Assembly (NCBI RefSeq): GCF_006345805.1
Contig: NW_021833244.1
Span: forward strand, 1-64,000
Direction: 5' to 3'
DNA: 64,000 bases
DNA from: Octopus sinensis
Taxonomy: Eukaryota
Below are positions 22,707 to 37,187 of the stretch, one piece after another. Both the position numbers and the translations under genes were made by a program. Below the pieces are notes generated by a model. That model saw only the letters and a program-made list of their open reading frames with translations. It made no database searches and had not been told where the DNA came from. Position 1 is the first letter of the stretch; each line of letters begins with the position of its first letter.

Positions 22707-23327
22707 GTGTGTGTGTGTTGTGTGTGTGTGTTTGTGGTGTGTACACATGCGTATATATACATGTATGTACATATATTTACATGCCTGTGCTTGCGTATAT
22801 ACATTTATAAACATAGATCAGTATATATATAGCACAAACAGTATGTGGACACATGCTCATATATTTGTATGTAGATATATGTATATATATACAAACATCT
22901 AAGTATGGAGATGTGCATGCCTACGTATATATGTATGTACATACATACATACGTACATAAATAGAACCTCAATGTATGGACACACATATATACTTGTACT
23001 TATGTATATCTATACATACATATATTTGCATGTTATATATATATATATATATTATATATATATATATATATGTATATACACACATCCATACATCTATTTA
23101 TATGTGTATATATTCATAAATATATATGGATGTACATAGATATATATGTATATGTATATACATATGTATGTGTATATATGTTTGTGTATATGTGTGTGAG
23201 TGTGTGTGTGTATATATACATATATACATTTATATACATGTATATACACAGGTATATATACATGTATGTACACGCATATATCTATATAATATATATATTT
23301 ATGTACGTGTAATATATCTATATATAC

Positions 23328-23358
<31 letters not shown>

Positions 23359-23649
23359 CGTATAAGTAAATGCATGTATGTACACAAACACACACACATA
23401 TACATATATATATATACATCTAGATAATATATACATATATATATATTATACATATATATTATATATACACATATATATATATACCCATATACATATATAT
23501 ATATTATATCATATATATATATATATACATATATATATACACATACATATATATATACACATATATATATATACACATATATATACATATATACATATAT
23601 ATACATTATATATATATACACATATATATACATATATACATATATATAC

Positions 23650-23687
<38 letters not shown>

Positions 23688-23914
23688 TTGTGTATATACA
23701 TGTATGTACGTACACATATTTACATTTACAGATATATACACACACAGACACACACACACACACACCCAAACAGACACAAAAGTCTTTGTGCTATAAACAC
23801 ACAAAAGCTGAAACAAGCGAAGTTTACATCCTGCCACAATGGACATAAAAGCAGCGAACAGTGTGCAACAGGATGTTGCTTAACTGCCCCTGGCAACCAT
23901 CACCTCCGCATCAC

Positions 23915-24410
23915 GGCGGCGCTAGTGGTGGTGGTGGTGGTGGTGGCGACGGCGGCAGCAGCACCAGCAGCGGCGGTGGTGATGGTGGTGGAGGTGGTGA
24001 CAGTGGTGGTGGTGGTTACAGTGGTGGTGGTGGCGGTGGTGACGGTGGCGGTGGTGGTGGTGACGGTGGTGGTGGTGACTGTGGTAGTGGTGGTGATGGT
24101 GGTGGCGGTGCCAGTGGTGACGGTGGTGGAGGTGGTAACGGTAGTGGTGGTGGTGGTGGTGGTGGTGGTGACGGTGGTGGTGGTGCCGGTGGTGGTGGTG
24201 GTGGGGGGGGGGGGGTGGCGACGGCGGCGACGGCGGCAGCAGCACCAGCAGCGGCGGTGGTGATGGTGGTGGAGGTGGTGACGGTGGTGGTGGTGGTGGT
24301 GGTGGTGACGGTGGTGGTGGTGCCGGTGGTGGTGGTGGTGGTGGTGGCGACGGCGGCAGCAGCAGCACCAGCAGCAGCAGCGGTGGTGGTGGTGGTGGTG
24401 GTGGTGGTGG
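23915..24410 (+). repeat. (GGT)n-derived tract with internal duplication
   Basis: GCGACGGCGGCAGCAGCACCAGCAGCG occurs about three times. Confidence 0.9.
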
Positions 24411-24684
24411 GTTGCCATACTGACACACCTGACCGCCAACTGACCGATAATGACTGGACTCCATTAGCGATTGGAAGCTTTGTGGGAAAAAAAAAAGGGG
24501 ATGGGGGGGGGCAAAATCAAACAAAAAATAAATAAAGAAATCAGAGACATCCAGCGACATCAGATCAATAACAGATTGCATTGAAGCTTGGAGACAGATG
24601 CAGTTTATACTGCACAAAACACGTCGCGTACACAAGCATGCACACACAGACACACACACACACTATATATATATATATATATAC

Positions 24685-25001
24685 TCTCTTTTAGTCTTTT
24701 ACTTGTTTCAGTCAGTTGACTGCGGCCATGCTGGAGCACCGCCTTTAGTCGAGCAACTCGACCCCGGGACTTATTCTTTTTTGTAAGCCCAGTACTTATT
24801 CTATCGGTCTCTTTTTGCCGAACCGCCAAGTGACGGGGACGTAAACACACCAGCATCGGTTGTCAAGCAATGCTAGGGAGACAAACACAGACACACACAC
24901 ACATATATATATATACATATACATATATACGATGGGCTTCTTTCAGTTTCCGTCTACCAAATCCACTCACAAGGCATTGGTCGGCCCGAGGCTATAGCAG
25001 A

Positions 25002-25048
<47 letters not shown>

Positions 25049-25212
25049 GATAGGCTTCTTTCAGTTTCCGTCTACCAAATCCACTCACAAGGCTTTTGGT
25101 TGGCTCGAGGCTATAGCAGAAGACACTTGCCCAAGGTGCCACGCAGTGGGACTGAACCCGGAACCATGTGGCTGGTAAGCAAGCTACATACCACACAGCC
25201 ACTCCTGCGCCT
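24685..25212 (-). mobile_element. Family A SINE with partly duplicated left module
   Basis: TACGAT(G/A)GGCTTCTTTCAG occurs at about 24928 and 25045. Confidence 0.8.
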
Positions 25213-25214
25213 AT

Positions 25215-25445
25215 ATACACAGCCACTCAAAGACCGTGGCCATGCTGGAGCACTGCCATTGTAATCACCTTTCCACTTTCCACCTTTGTCGGAGCGGCTT
25301 TTGGTGAAGGATGGAGTTCGATGCTACTGCCCTCTTTTGAGTTTCTTGCTTAGATATTGGCTCATCCGGGATCTCGGCAAGCCAGAGGTCAAGTTCCCGT
25401 TTGAAAACGTCTACGTCCACTCCATAGAGGCTCCTCAGGTGCTTC
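25215..25445 (-). mobile_element. CR1/L2-group LINE 3' fragment
   Basis: FNYLPKHLRSLYGVDVDVFKRELDLWLAEIPDEP...RAVASNS is a typical C-terminal tail of this group. Confidence 0.65.
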
Positions 25446-25920
25446 GGCAGATAGTTAAACAGCTGTGGCTGTGTGGTAAGAAGTCTGTGTCCCAACCACA
25501 TCGTTCTGGGTTCGGTCCCACTGTGTAGCACCTTGGGCAAGTGTCTTCTACTATAGCCTTGGGCCAACCAAAACCTTGTGAGTGGATTTGGTAGACGGAA
25601 ACTGAAAGAAGCCCATCTGTGTTTGCTACCCACCATCAGTTGTCCAACGATAGTGATGTTTGTGTCCCTGTGACTTAGCAGTTCGGCAGAATAAGTACTA
25701 GGATTATGAATAATAAGTCCCGGGGTCAATTTGTTCAGCTACAATTCTGTACATGTCAAGGCAATTGGCTGATCCCTCATTATAATTATGTTTATAATTA
25801 TAGAATAGTGTGTGTGTGTGTGTGTGAGTGTGTGTGTGTGAGTGTGTGTGTGTGAGTGTGTGTGTGTGTGTGTGTGTTTTTTCTGTTTCAGCTCAGAGCT
25901 GCGGCCATGCTGAAGCACCG

Positions 25921-25958
<38 letters not shown>

Positions 25959-25984
25959 AATATAATATATTTATGGATATGCAT

Positions 25985-26062
<78 letters not shown>

Positions 26063-26121
26063 GTTATGCATATCCATAAATATATATATATTTATGGATA
26101 TGCATATACATACATATATAT

Positions 26122-26166
<45 letters not shown>

Positions 26167-26234
26167 ATGTATGTATGTATGTATATGCATATCCTAAATA
26201 TTATATATTTGTTTTATATATATATATATATATA

Positions 26235-26545
26235 TATTCAATTAGAAGTTAAATTAGCCTCATTAAGGGATGGTATCATCCAATTAATTACTGGGTTAAT
26301 ACCTAATAATTGTTGTGAACGCTAATATTCATAAAACAATAGGTTTGTATACATAAATGATGGTTTATAATCGTTTGACAGAAAGTAAGGAAATGTCGAT
26401 ATAACATTTAATAAAAATTTATTATCTGCAAAAATCAAACATGGTCTCTTAGAGCTGTTTCAATGATTCTTGCAGATAATAAATTTTTATTAAATGTTAT
26501 ATCGACATTTTCTTACTTTCTTTTGAATAATTATAAACAATGATG
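26235..26545. mobile_element. AT-rich fold-back remnant, probably Penelope-like
   Basis: About 52-bp arms at 26380-26521; the spacer contains a half-hammerhead GAAACAGCTCTA on the minus strand. Confidence 0.4.
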
Positions 26546-26942
26546 TATATATATGTTGGTTGGAAGCACTCCGTCGGTTATACGACGAGGGTTCCGGCTG
26601 ATCCGATCAACGGAACAGCCTGCTCGTGAAATTAACGTGTAAGTGGCTGAGCACTCCACAGACACGTGCACCCTTAACGTAGTTCTCGGGGATATTCAGC
26701 GTGACACAGAGAGTGACAAGGCCGGCCCTTTGAAATACAAGTACAACAGAAACAGGAAGAAAGAGTGAGAGAAAGTTGTGGTGAAAGAGTACAGCAGGGA
26801 TCACCACCATCCCCTGCCGGAGCATCATGGAGCTTTAGGTGTTTTTGCTCAATAAACACTCACAACAACCGGTCTGGGAATCGAAACCGCGATCCTACGA
26901 CCGCGAGTCCACTGCCCTACCCACTGGGCCATTGCGCCTCCA
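26545..26942 (-). mobile_element. Family B SINE (long alternative tail)
   Basis: Shares head and body to CTCACTCTTTCTT, then a different about 200-bp tail. Confidence 0.75.
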
Positions 26943-26944
26943 CA

Positions 26945-27550
26945 TAGAGTGGCAGGAATATGGCTGCAGTGAGCATTCCGAATGCCCGTCGAATCAAAAA
27001 CAGAATTCCGCGCGCTTTGTTGGCAGCATGGACGCACTGGGCTGAAGGTGAAAAGGAGGAATCCACCAAGATACCCAGGTCCTTTACCTGATCGGTCCTC
27101 TCTCAGCAGCAGACGACCCGGCTCGAAATCAAGTTGAGTTGCAGGAGTAGAGCCGACAGGCAGATGACAGCACTTTGACACGTTCAGACACAGGTCCCAA
27201 TCGTTAGACCACTTCCAATTTGGTGGAGGCATCGACGAAGATCCTCTATACTACCGCGAGGAGCGACCAGTTTGATATCGTCGGCAAATAGAAGGGTGTG
27301 TTGCGTGAGGTCGTCGGGCAAGTCATTTATGAAGACTAAGAACAACAAGGGCCCAAGCACTGAACCTTGAGGCACGCCACTGCTCGCACTGGAGACGTCG
27401 GACCGCGAACCATTAACTTGAACTTGGAAGGAGCGATCTGAGAGGAAGGCACCAACCCATCGTACAATATCCGGATGGAAACTATATGCTTGAAGCTTGA
27501 CAAGTAGTAGGCGGTGGTTTACCGAGTCAAAAGCTTTGGCAAAGTCCAAT
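26945..27550 (-). mobile_element. CR1-like reverse transcriptase fragment (frameshifted)
   Basis: DFAKAFDSV...SGVPQGSVLGPLLFLVFINDLP...LLFADDIKL, continuing in shifted frames (WDLCLNVSKC; KDLGILVDS). Confidence 0.9.
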
Positions 27551-27687
27551 TGTATATATATAGTTCATAGATGAGATCCAGATATTCTGCACATAGAATA
27601 TACTTAGTAGACCTCAAGAGGTTTAAATTTGAGTGGGTTTAGAAGTAAATGTAAGGATATGCAAGTGAAACAGTTCAATATATAAAG

Positions 27688-28204
27688 TACTAGCAGCATA
27701 GCCCGGCATTGCCCGGGTATGTAAGAGCCCCTGGAGCAGACATGATGCTCGCTGTGAATTTTAAAGAAATTCCTGCCAATTTGAGAAAGATATTGTCGAA
27801 AATATGTCATCTTGAATTTGAACGCGATTTCCCAAAATGGCATGATTTTATCGATTTTTTCTGATGGTAAGGTATTGCATGGAAAACTAACATCAGAATT
27901 AAGTTTCTTAGGGTAACATTAAGCTTCACCATGAGTTTGGTGAAAATCGATTGCAAGTTGCGAAAACTACAACAGAAAATGTGTTGTAAATAAAAAGCTT
28001 AGATTTTCAACCCCATGTCGAATTTATCGATTTTTTTCAGAACTGGGGGAATTTTTCGAAGTTTTCGCTGCGTTACTTTTGAATTATGACATGGGGCTAT
28101 GTGTGTGTCAAGTTTCATCAGAATCGGTTGAAAGCCGTGGTCAGGGTGAGGGTACAACCTGACAGACACACAGACAGACAAACTGCCGTTTATATATAGA
28201 GAGA
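27688..28204 (+). mobile_element. Non-autonomous Helitron-like element
   Basis: 5' TACTAGCAG...CCCGGCATTGCCCGGG hairpin and 3' CAGACAGACAAACTGCCGTTTATATATAGAGAG; related copy at 56399-56780. Confidence 0.55.
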
Positions 28205-28718
28205 AGAGATATGAAATACATGAAATGCAAAAAATGTATACATGTACACATATAAAAAGGTCCAACTTACACGGAATACAAATGGTCCATAAGAATGTCT
28301 GTAGATTGATTGCATCATACAATGTGACAACTCCCTGTCTTCAGGGAAGAGATCTTACATTTGAGATGTCAAAGGAGAGAATCTACAAACATTGTTATGG
28401 ACGACTGAGCCTCCTGAAACAGCTGTTGGGTTTGCAGTACTTTTCCCACCACCCCTTTAAATCTCTGTACAGTTTGTACAATCGACTCCAGAGGTTCTCA
28501 ATAGGGTTCAGGTCAGGTGACTGGCCAGCACGTACTCCTCGCCACCAAAGAGGTATCCCGTACTATCTCAACGTACTTTGCTGCGTTGATGTTGCCTTCG
28601 ACGGCATAGAGCTGCCCAACACCACTGTAGCTGAACGCCCCTCACACCATCAGAGCACCCCCACCATGCTTCATGGTGAACAAATCAAGGGTGCTAATTA
28701 ATTTTTGACGGTAGTGTA
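28205..28718 (-). mobile_element. Internally deleted Tc1-like transposon
   Basis: GQSPDLNPIENLW at 28488-28527; TIR-like TACACTACCGTCAAAAATTAATTAGCACCC ending at 28718. Confidence 0.75.
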
Positions 28719-28811
28719 TTGCAGCAGTCCTTCAGTATTGGGCCTGTAATCAGGCCTTTTGCGACACCCTAAAAGACAAGGACTTTTCAGCACTCCCTTG
28801 CATATGTATAC

Positions 28812-29207
28812 TCTCTTTTTGCTTGTTTCAGATATTTGACTGTGGTCATGCTGGAGCACCGCCTTTAGTCAAGCAAATCGATCCCAGGACTTATTCTTTG
28901 TAAGCCTAGTACTTATTCTATCGGTCTCTTTTGCCAAACCGCTAAGTTACAGGGACATAAACACACCAGCATTGGTTATCAAGTGATGTTAGGAGGAGAA
29001 ACACAGACATACAAATATATACATACACATACATACATATATATACATATATACGAACGGCTTCTTTCAGTTTCCGTCTACCAAATCCACTCACAAGGCT
29101 TTGGTTGGCCCGAGGCTATAGTAGAAGACACTTGCCTAAGGTACCATGCAGTGGGACTGAACCCGGAACCATGTGGTTCGTAAGCAAGCTACTTACCACA
29201 CAGCCAC
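28812..29207 (-). mobile_element. Family A composite SINE
   Basis: Full reverse-complement copy. Confidence 0.85.
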
Positions 29208-29639
29208 TGTCCATATGCAAAGCTGTGTGGTATGGAGTCTACTTCCCAACTACATGGCTCTGGGTTCAATCCCACAGGGTGTAACACCATGGGCCAGTGT
29301 CTTCAACTAGAGCCTTGGGCCATGGAAAGCCTTGTGAATGGCTTTGATAAATGGAAACTGAAAGAAGCCCGTCATATGTGTGTGTGTGTGTGTGTGTGCG
29401 TATTGCCTCAAGGAGACATTTGTTTATGCATTCTGCAAACAACATATCCCGTAATTCTTCAGTTCTGAAGTATGTGGATCGGAGCTGGGGGGAAGGGGGG
29501 GGGGAGAAAGGGAGGGGGGGGGTAAATAAAATTTTTCAGCCACTTGTAAGGGTTGGGGACAGGAAGAACATCCGACTGGAGGAGACAGCCTCAGTTAAGT
29601 GTCCCCTGGCTTATGTTATCTTAGAAGGAAACAAATAGG

Positions 29640-30940
29640 GAACAGCTGTGTGTGTGTGTGTGTGTATGCTGATAATACACTTGCATATATGTGTGTATAT
29701 GTGTGTGTGTGTAGAGCGAGAGAGAAAGAGAGAGAGAAAGGGAGAGTGCACACAAACATATATATATATATATACAATTTAATAAATAAAATATATGCAT
29801 ACATACATACATATATGTACGTACCTACATCTATATGTATATATACATGCATATATATATACATGCATATATATATATGAGTACAGGACACCACAAATAA
29901 ACGTAGAACACAACGAGAAATGAAAACATATATATATATATATAGACAAATATACATACATACATACATGCGTATGTGCTGCATGAGTGGGTGTATGTAA
30001 ATACAAATATGAAAACATACATATATACACACGTGTATATAGGCACAAACACATCTACATGTATAGATGTATACACATTCATACACACACACACCACACA
30101 CACACACACACACACCTATCCATGCAAAAATATATATATATATATATACACACACATACACATATATATAAATATATACACACACACACGTATATACATG
30201 CACACACACATATACACACATATATACAAGCACACATACACATACAGACATATACACACACACATATATACACACACACATACACATATATATAAATATA
30301 TACACACACACATATACACACATGCACACACACACACACATGCACACACATATACACACATATATACAAGCACACATACACATACAGACATATGCACACA
30401 CACATATATACACACACATACACATATATATATACATATATACACACACACATACACATATATATACATATATATACACACGCATATACACACATGCACA
30501 TACACACACACACATGTATATACATGCACACACACATATACACACATATATACAAGCACAAATACACATACAGACATATATGCACACATATATACACACA
30601 TACACATATATATACATATATATATACACATGCACATACACACACACACATGTATATACATGCACACACACATATACACACAGACATATATGCACACACA
30701 CACATACACATATATATACATATATATACACACACATATACACACATGCACATACACACACACACATATATACATGCACAAATACACATACAGACATATA
30801 TGCACACACACATATATACACATACACATATATATACATATATATACACATATACACACATGCACATACACACACACACACACACGTATATACATGCACA
30901 CACACACATACACACACGCGTTTACACACACACACACACT
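29640..30940. repeat. Compound CA/TA microsatellite with higher-order periodicity
   Basis: CATACAGACATAT and CAAGCACA blocks recur at 140-190-nt spacing. Confidence 0.85.
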
Positions 30941-31029
30941 GTAAATTGCCAGTTAAAACATTAAACAGAAACTAAGGAGGTTGTGTCAGCGAGAAACAGG
31001 TTTTTGGAATTAATGTTGTTTATACAGGA

Positions 31030-32633
31030 TTGGAGGGGAGGGGGAACAGGGGGGAAGGGGTGGCGGTGGCGGTGGGGGGTGGCGGTGACAGCAACCGGTG
31101 TAGTTGTATTGGCGGTAGTGTTGATGGTGGTGTAGAGGCTTTTACTGATGATCATAGAGATGATGGTGGTGGTGTGGGTTGTAGTGATGGAAGTAGTGGT
31201 GGCGGTGGTGGTGAGAGTGGTGATGGTATTGGTGGTGGTGGTGGTGGTGGTGGTTGTAGTGATGGAAGTAGTGGTGCTGGTGGAAGCGGTGATGGTATTG
31301 GTGGTGGTGGTTGTAGTGATGGAAGTGGTGGTGGTGGGGGTGGTGGGAGTGGTGATGGTATTGGTGGTGGTGGTGGTGGTTGTAGTGATGGAAGTAGTGG
31401 TGCTGGTGAAAGTGGTGATGGTGGTGGTGGCTGTAGTGATGGAAGTAGTGGTGGCGGTGGTGGTGAGAGTGGTGATGGTATTGGTGGTGGTGGTGGTGGT
31501 TGTAGTGATGGAAGTAGTGGTGGTGGTGGGGGGGTGGTGGGAGTGGTGATGGTGGTGGTGGTTGTAGTGATGGAAGTGGTGGTGGTGGGGGTGGTGGAGT
31601 GGTGATGGTATTGGTGGTGGTGGTGGTGGTTGTAGTGATGGAAGTAGTGGTGCTGGTGAAAGTGGTGATGGTGGTGGTGGTGGTTGTAGTGATGGAAGTA
31701 GTGGTGGCGGTGGTGGTGAGAGTGGTGATGGTATTGGTGGTGGTGGTGGTGGTTGTAGTGATGGAAGTAGTGGTGGTGGTGGGGGTGGTGGGAGTGGTGA
31801 TGGTGGTGGTGGTTGTAGTGATTGATGGTCATGGTGATGGTGGTGGTGGTTGTAGTGATGGAAGTAGTGGTGCTGGTGGGAGTGGTGATGGTATTGGTGG
31901 TGGGGTAGTTGTAGTGATGGAAGTAGTGGCGGTGTGAGTGGTTGTATAGTGGTGGTGGTGGTGATGGGAGTGGCGATGGTAGTAGCTCATGATTACAACA
32001 TGGTGGCAGCTGTTTAACCCTAGGTTGGTGCTGATCCAGCAGACCTGTCTATCAGAGGCATCCCAGCCGCAACTGGACACGGCATAGTGCACCTCTGAGT
32101 ACATCATCTAATGTACCCTTTTGCCTAAATCATGGACACAACCTTAGAAACGTCACGTGATGGTGGCGACCCCTTTCCTCCTCCTCCTCCTCCTCTTCCT
32201 CCTCTTCCTCCTGCCCCAACAAATAACGACAGACATCAATTATTGTCATCATCTCTGAGATGATGATGACAGCAATGGTGTGCGGGGAGGTGGGGCAGAG
32301 AAAACTGGAAGAAGTGATGATGATGATGATGATGATGACGATGATGATGATGATGGTGTTGGTGGCCACGTTGATGATGCAAGAGATTGGCGGTGGGGGC
32401 GGCGGTGGTGGTGGTAAGGATGATGGTACTGGAATTGATTGCAGGGATGCTGGTAATGATCATGTTGACTGCTTGTTGATGACGGTGATGATGAGGATAT
32501 AGATGATTATTATGATGACGATGGTGGTGGTGGTGGTGGTGGTGGTTTTTATGAAAATGATGGTGATGACAACAATGGATATAATGATGACAATGATGAT
32601 GACGATGATGGTGGTGGTGATGATACTGATGAT

Positions 32634-32664
<31 letters not shown>

Positions 32665-33110
32665 TCAATAATGATATTGATGATGACGATGATGATGGAG
32701 GTGATGATGATGATGTCAATGATGATACTGATGATGACGATGATGATGGAGGTGATGATGATGATGACGATGTCAATGATGATGATGATGATGTCAATGA
32801 TGGTGATGATGATGACGATGGTGGTGGTGATAATGAAAAATAGTGGTGATGAGAATGATGATAGTGTTGGTGATGATTGTGATGACTATGGCATAGATGA
32901 CGATGACAGAGGTGGTGGTGATCATTATGATGCCGATGGAGATGATGATGATACTGATGGTGGTGACGATGACGGAGATGATGATGATGCTGATGGTAAC
33001 GACTGGTGGTGGTCGTCGTGATGGTGGTGATGACGACGATGGCAACGATGATCTTGACGATGACGATTCTGCAGCAACTGATGCAGCAGCTGCTGATGAT
33101 GACAGATGAT
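31030..33110 (+). repeat. (GGT)n-derived higher-order repeat followed by a (GAT)n tract
   Basis: GTAGTGATGGAAGTAGTGGTG recurs about every 60 nt in 31180-31930; GAT-rich 32240-33110. Confidence 0.9.
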
Positions 33111-33363
33111 ACTGACGTGGTCTCACATCCTGCCTTCCCGACCCAAACACAGAAAACCCCTTCAAATGTAAACACATCTCCAAACTAAAACAAATATTTT
33201 CTCTTCTCTTCAAACACATTTTCAAATCCACCCTCGCCCATCCCCACTGCCCATCCTGGCATTTCACTGCCTCACATTTCCAAAACTTACCTACGCCTTA
33301 GCACAGAAAACCATCATCATCATCATCATCATCATATTATTATTATTATTATTATTATTATTA

Positions 33364-33632
33364 AGGTGGCGAGCTGGCAGAATCGTTAGCACGCTGGCTG
33401 AAATGCTTAGTGGTATTTCATCTGTCGCTATGTTCTGAGTTCAAATTCCGCCAAGGTTGACATCCTTTTGGGGTGGATTAAATTAGTACCAGTTACACAC
33501 TGGGGTCAATTAAATAAATACCAGTTATCCAGTGGGTTTGATTAAATATGTGCCAGTCACACACTGGGGGTCGATGTCACTGAATTAATTCCTTCCCAAA
33601 ATTTAAGGCCTTGTGCCAATAATAGAAGGGAC
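33364..33632 (+). mobile_element. Family C SINE (variant tail)
   Basis: Head and central domain present; ends GTGCCAATAATAGAAGGG plus ATT. Confidence 0.7.
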
Positions 33633-33639
33633 TATTATT

Positions 33640-35290
33640 ATTGAGTGAGAGAGCAGTTCATGCCACCAAAGTGACACTGAGGTAAAATATACAAAGCCCA
33701 GTATAACCATCATGACTACCCGTGTGATAAGGGTACACCAGGCACATGCATCACAACCATATGTGCGCGACATGGTGATCTGATATCAAGATAAAACCAG
33801 CACATGACTTTGCAAGTGGGGCCCAGTTAGAATTTTCTTCTGGTCAAATAACCCATCCCACTCAAAAGGTCCCTGAATAAGGGTTGTTTAAGGATGTTGA
33901 GCGAAACACCCATGTTTCCAGAGGTGAATTATCCAAACCCTAAAGAATCCCTCTCAACACATGGCTATGATGCTCCCCCACTACTTCTGCTTGTGATCAG
34001 AGATGCACATATCGTCAGCCACCAAGGGACATGCTCAACTGGTAACGGTCAAACAACTGACAAGCAAATCTGTGGTATTGAGAAGAATAAGGCGGCGAGT
34101 TGGCAGAAACGATAGCACGCCGGATGAAATGCTTAGCGGTATTTCGTCTGCCGTTACGTTTTGAGTTCAAATTCCGCCGAGGTCGACTTTCTCTTTCATC
34201 CTTTCGGGGTCGATAAATTAAGTACCAGTTACGCACCAGGGTTGATGTAATCGACTTAATACCTATGTCTGTCCTTGTTTGTCCCCTCTATGTTTAGCCC
34301 CTTGTGGATAATAAAGAAATAGGTATTGAGCAGAATATTTGCTGTAGCCCATCTTTTACACCAAGACAAAACAATGTACATGATAACACTTCCAATCAGT
34401 TAAGATCAGAAGCCATGAGAGCCACTGCCTGGAACTGCATCAGGGCATTAGCAAATCTGTGGTATTGAGCAGAATATTTGCTGTAGCCCATCTTTTACAC
34501 CAAGACAAAACAATGTACATGATAACACTTCCAATCAGTTAAGATCAGAAGCCATGAGAGCCACTGCCTGGTACTGCATCAGGGCATTAGCAAATCTGTG
34601 GTATTGAGCAGAATATTTGCTGTAGCCCATCTTTTACACCAAGACAAAACAATGTACATGATAACACTTCCAATCAGTTAAGATCAGAAGCCATGAGAGC
34701 CACTGTCTGGTACTGCATCAGGGCATTAGCAAATCTGTGGTATTGAGCAGAATATTTGCTGTAGCCCATCTTTTACACCAAGACAAAACAATGTACATGA
34801 TAACACTTCCAATCAGTTAAGATCAGAAGCCATGAGAGCCACTGCCTGGTACTGCATCAGGGCATTAGCAAATCTGTGGTATTGAGCAGAATATTTGCTG
34901 TAGCCCATCTTTTACACCAAGACAAAACAATGTACATGATAACACTTCCAATCAGTTAAGATCAGAAGCCATGAGAGCCACTGTCTGGTACTGTATCAGG
35001 GCATTAGCAAATCTGTGGTATTGAGCAGAATATTTGCTGTAGCCCATCTTTTACACCAAGACAAAACAATGTACATGATAACACTTCCAATCAGTTAAGA
35101 TCAGAAGCCATGAGAGCCACTGCCTGGTACTGCATCAGGGCATTAGCAAATCTGTGGTATTGAGCAGAATATTTGCTGTAGCCCATCTTTTACACCAAGA
35201 CAAAACAATGTACATGATAACACTTCCAATCAGTTAAGATCAGAAGCCATGAAAGCCACTGCCTGGTACTGCATCAGGGCATTTATTATT
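33640..35290 (+). mobile_element. Family E about 600-bp element with seven 139-bp 3' tandem units
   Basis: Unit starts at 34323, 34462, 34601, 34740, 34879, 35018 and 35157; ends in (ATT)n. Confidence 0.8.
34090..34321 (+). mobile_element. Family C SINE inserted in family E element, 16-bp TSD
   Basis: GGTATTGAG(A/C)AGAATA at 34074-34089 and 34322-34337. Confidence 0.85.
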
Positions 35291-35307
35291 AATATTATTA
35301 TTATTAT

Positions 35308-35974
35308 TAAGGCAGCGAGCTGGCCGAATCATTAGCAGAGCAAGCAAATGCCTTTCAATCATTCGGGGTTGATAAAGTACCAGTTGCATACAGGGGTTGA
35401 ACTAATCGACTGGCCCCCTCCCCAAACATTTCAGGCTTTATGCCTAGAGTAGAAAAGATTATTATTATTATTATTATTATTATTATTGTTATTATTATTA
35501 TAATTAAGGCAGTGAGTTGGCCAAATCGTTAGCAGAGTGGGCAAAATGCCTTTCATCTTTTCAGGGTCAATAAATTAAGGTCAATTAAATCAACTGGCCC
35601 CCTACCCAACAATTTCAGATCTTGTGCCTAGAGCAGAAAAGATTATTATTATTATTAAGGCAGTAAGCTGACCGAATCGTTAACAGAGCGAGCAAAATGC
35701 TCAGCAGAATTTCATCTGCCGATACGTTCTGAGTTCAAATTCAACTTTGTCTTTCATCCTTTCAGGGTCAATCAATTAAGTACCAGTGAAACACTGGGGA
35801 TCAATGTAATCGACTTAACCCCTTCCTCAAAATTTCAGGCCTTGTGCCTTTAGTAGAAAGTATTATTATTATCATTATTATTATTTTTCGTTAAATAAAA
35901 ATAAGAAATAAGTGGAAATTTTACTGGTGAGTGTGTTAAATTATAAGGCACAAAAAGAAAATGACTTTCCTCAA

Positions 35975-36013
<39 letters not shown>

Positions 36014-36300
36014 GAAGGCAAGTTGGCAGAATTGTTAGCAGCACTTAATCCATCCCTATGTTCCAAGTTCAAATTCCACTGAGGTCGACTTTGCCTTTTT
36101 TGGCAGAAGGCCAGCAATTTCAGGACAGGGTTAAGTCGATTTTATTGACCGAAATCCTCAACCGGTACTAATTTTGTAAACCCAGGGAGACAAAAGGCAA
36201 AGTCGACCTAAGCAGAATTTGAACCCAGAACACAATGACAGAAGAAAGGCCGCTAAGCGTTTTTCCGCCTGTGTACTAACGATCCTCCCAGTTCACCACA
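35308..36300. mobile_element. Cluster of truncated family C SINEs separated by (ATT)n tails
   Basis: Heads at about 35308, 35506, 35656 and 36013 (+), and a minus copy at about 36120-36300. Confidence 0.7.
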
Positions 36301-36309
36301 TTGATGATG

Positions 36310-36318
36310 ATAATGATG

Positions 36319-36354
<36 letters not shown>

Positions 36355-36396
36355 TAATAAAATAATAAAATAATAAAATAATAATAATAAATAATA

Positions 36397-36436
<40 letters not shown>

Positions 36437-36607
36437 TAATAAAATAATAATAATAATAAAATAATAATAATAAAAATAATAATAATAATAAATAATAATA
36501 AATAATAAATAATAATAATAATAATAAATAATAATAATAATAATAAATATAATAATAATAAATAATAATAATAAATAATAATAAAATAATAATAATTAAT
36601 AATAATA

Positions 36608-36643
<36 letters not shown>

Positions 36644-36882
36644 TAATAATAATAATAAATAATAATAATAATAAATAATAATAAATAATAATAATTAATA
36701 ATAATACTAATAATAATATAATAATAATAAATAATAATAATAATAATAAATAATAATAATAATAATAATAATAAATAATAATAATAAATAATAATAATAA
36801 TAATAATAATAAATAATAATAATAATAAATAATAATATAATAATAATAATAATAATAAATAATAATAATAATAAATAATAAT

Positions 36883-36915
<33 letters not shown>

Positions 36916-36993
36916 AATAATAATAATAAATAATAATAATAATAATAATAATGATAATAATAATAAAATAATATAATAATAATAATAATAATA

Positions 36994-37049
<56 letters not shown>

Positions 37050-37066
37050 TAATAATAATAATAATA

Positions 37067-37105
<39 letters not shown>

Positions 37106-37154
37106 TAATAAAATAATAATAAATAATAATAATAATATAATAATAATAATAATA

Positions 37155-37187
<33 letters not shown>

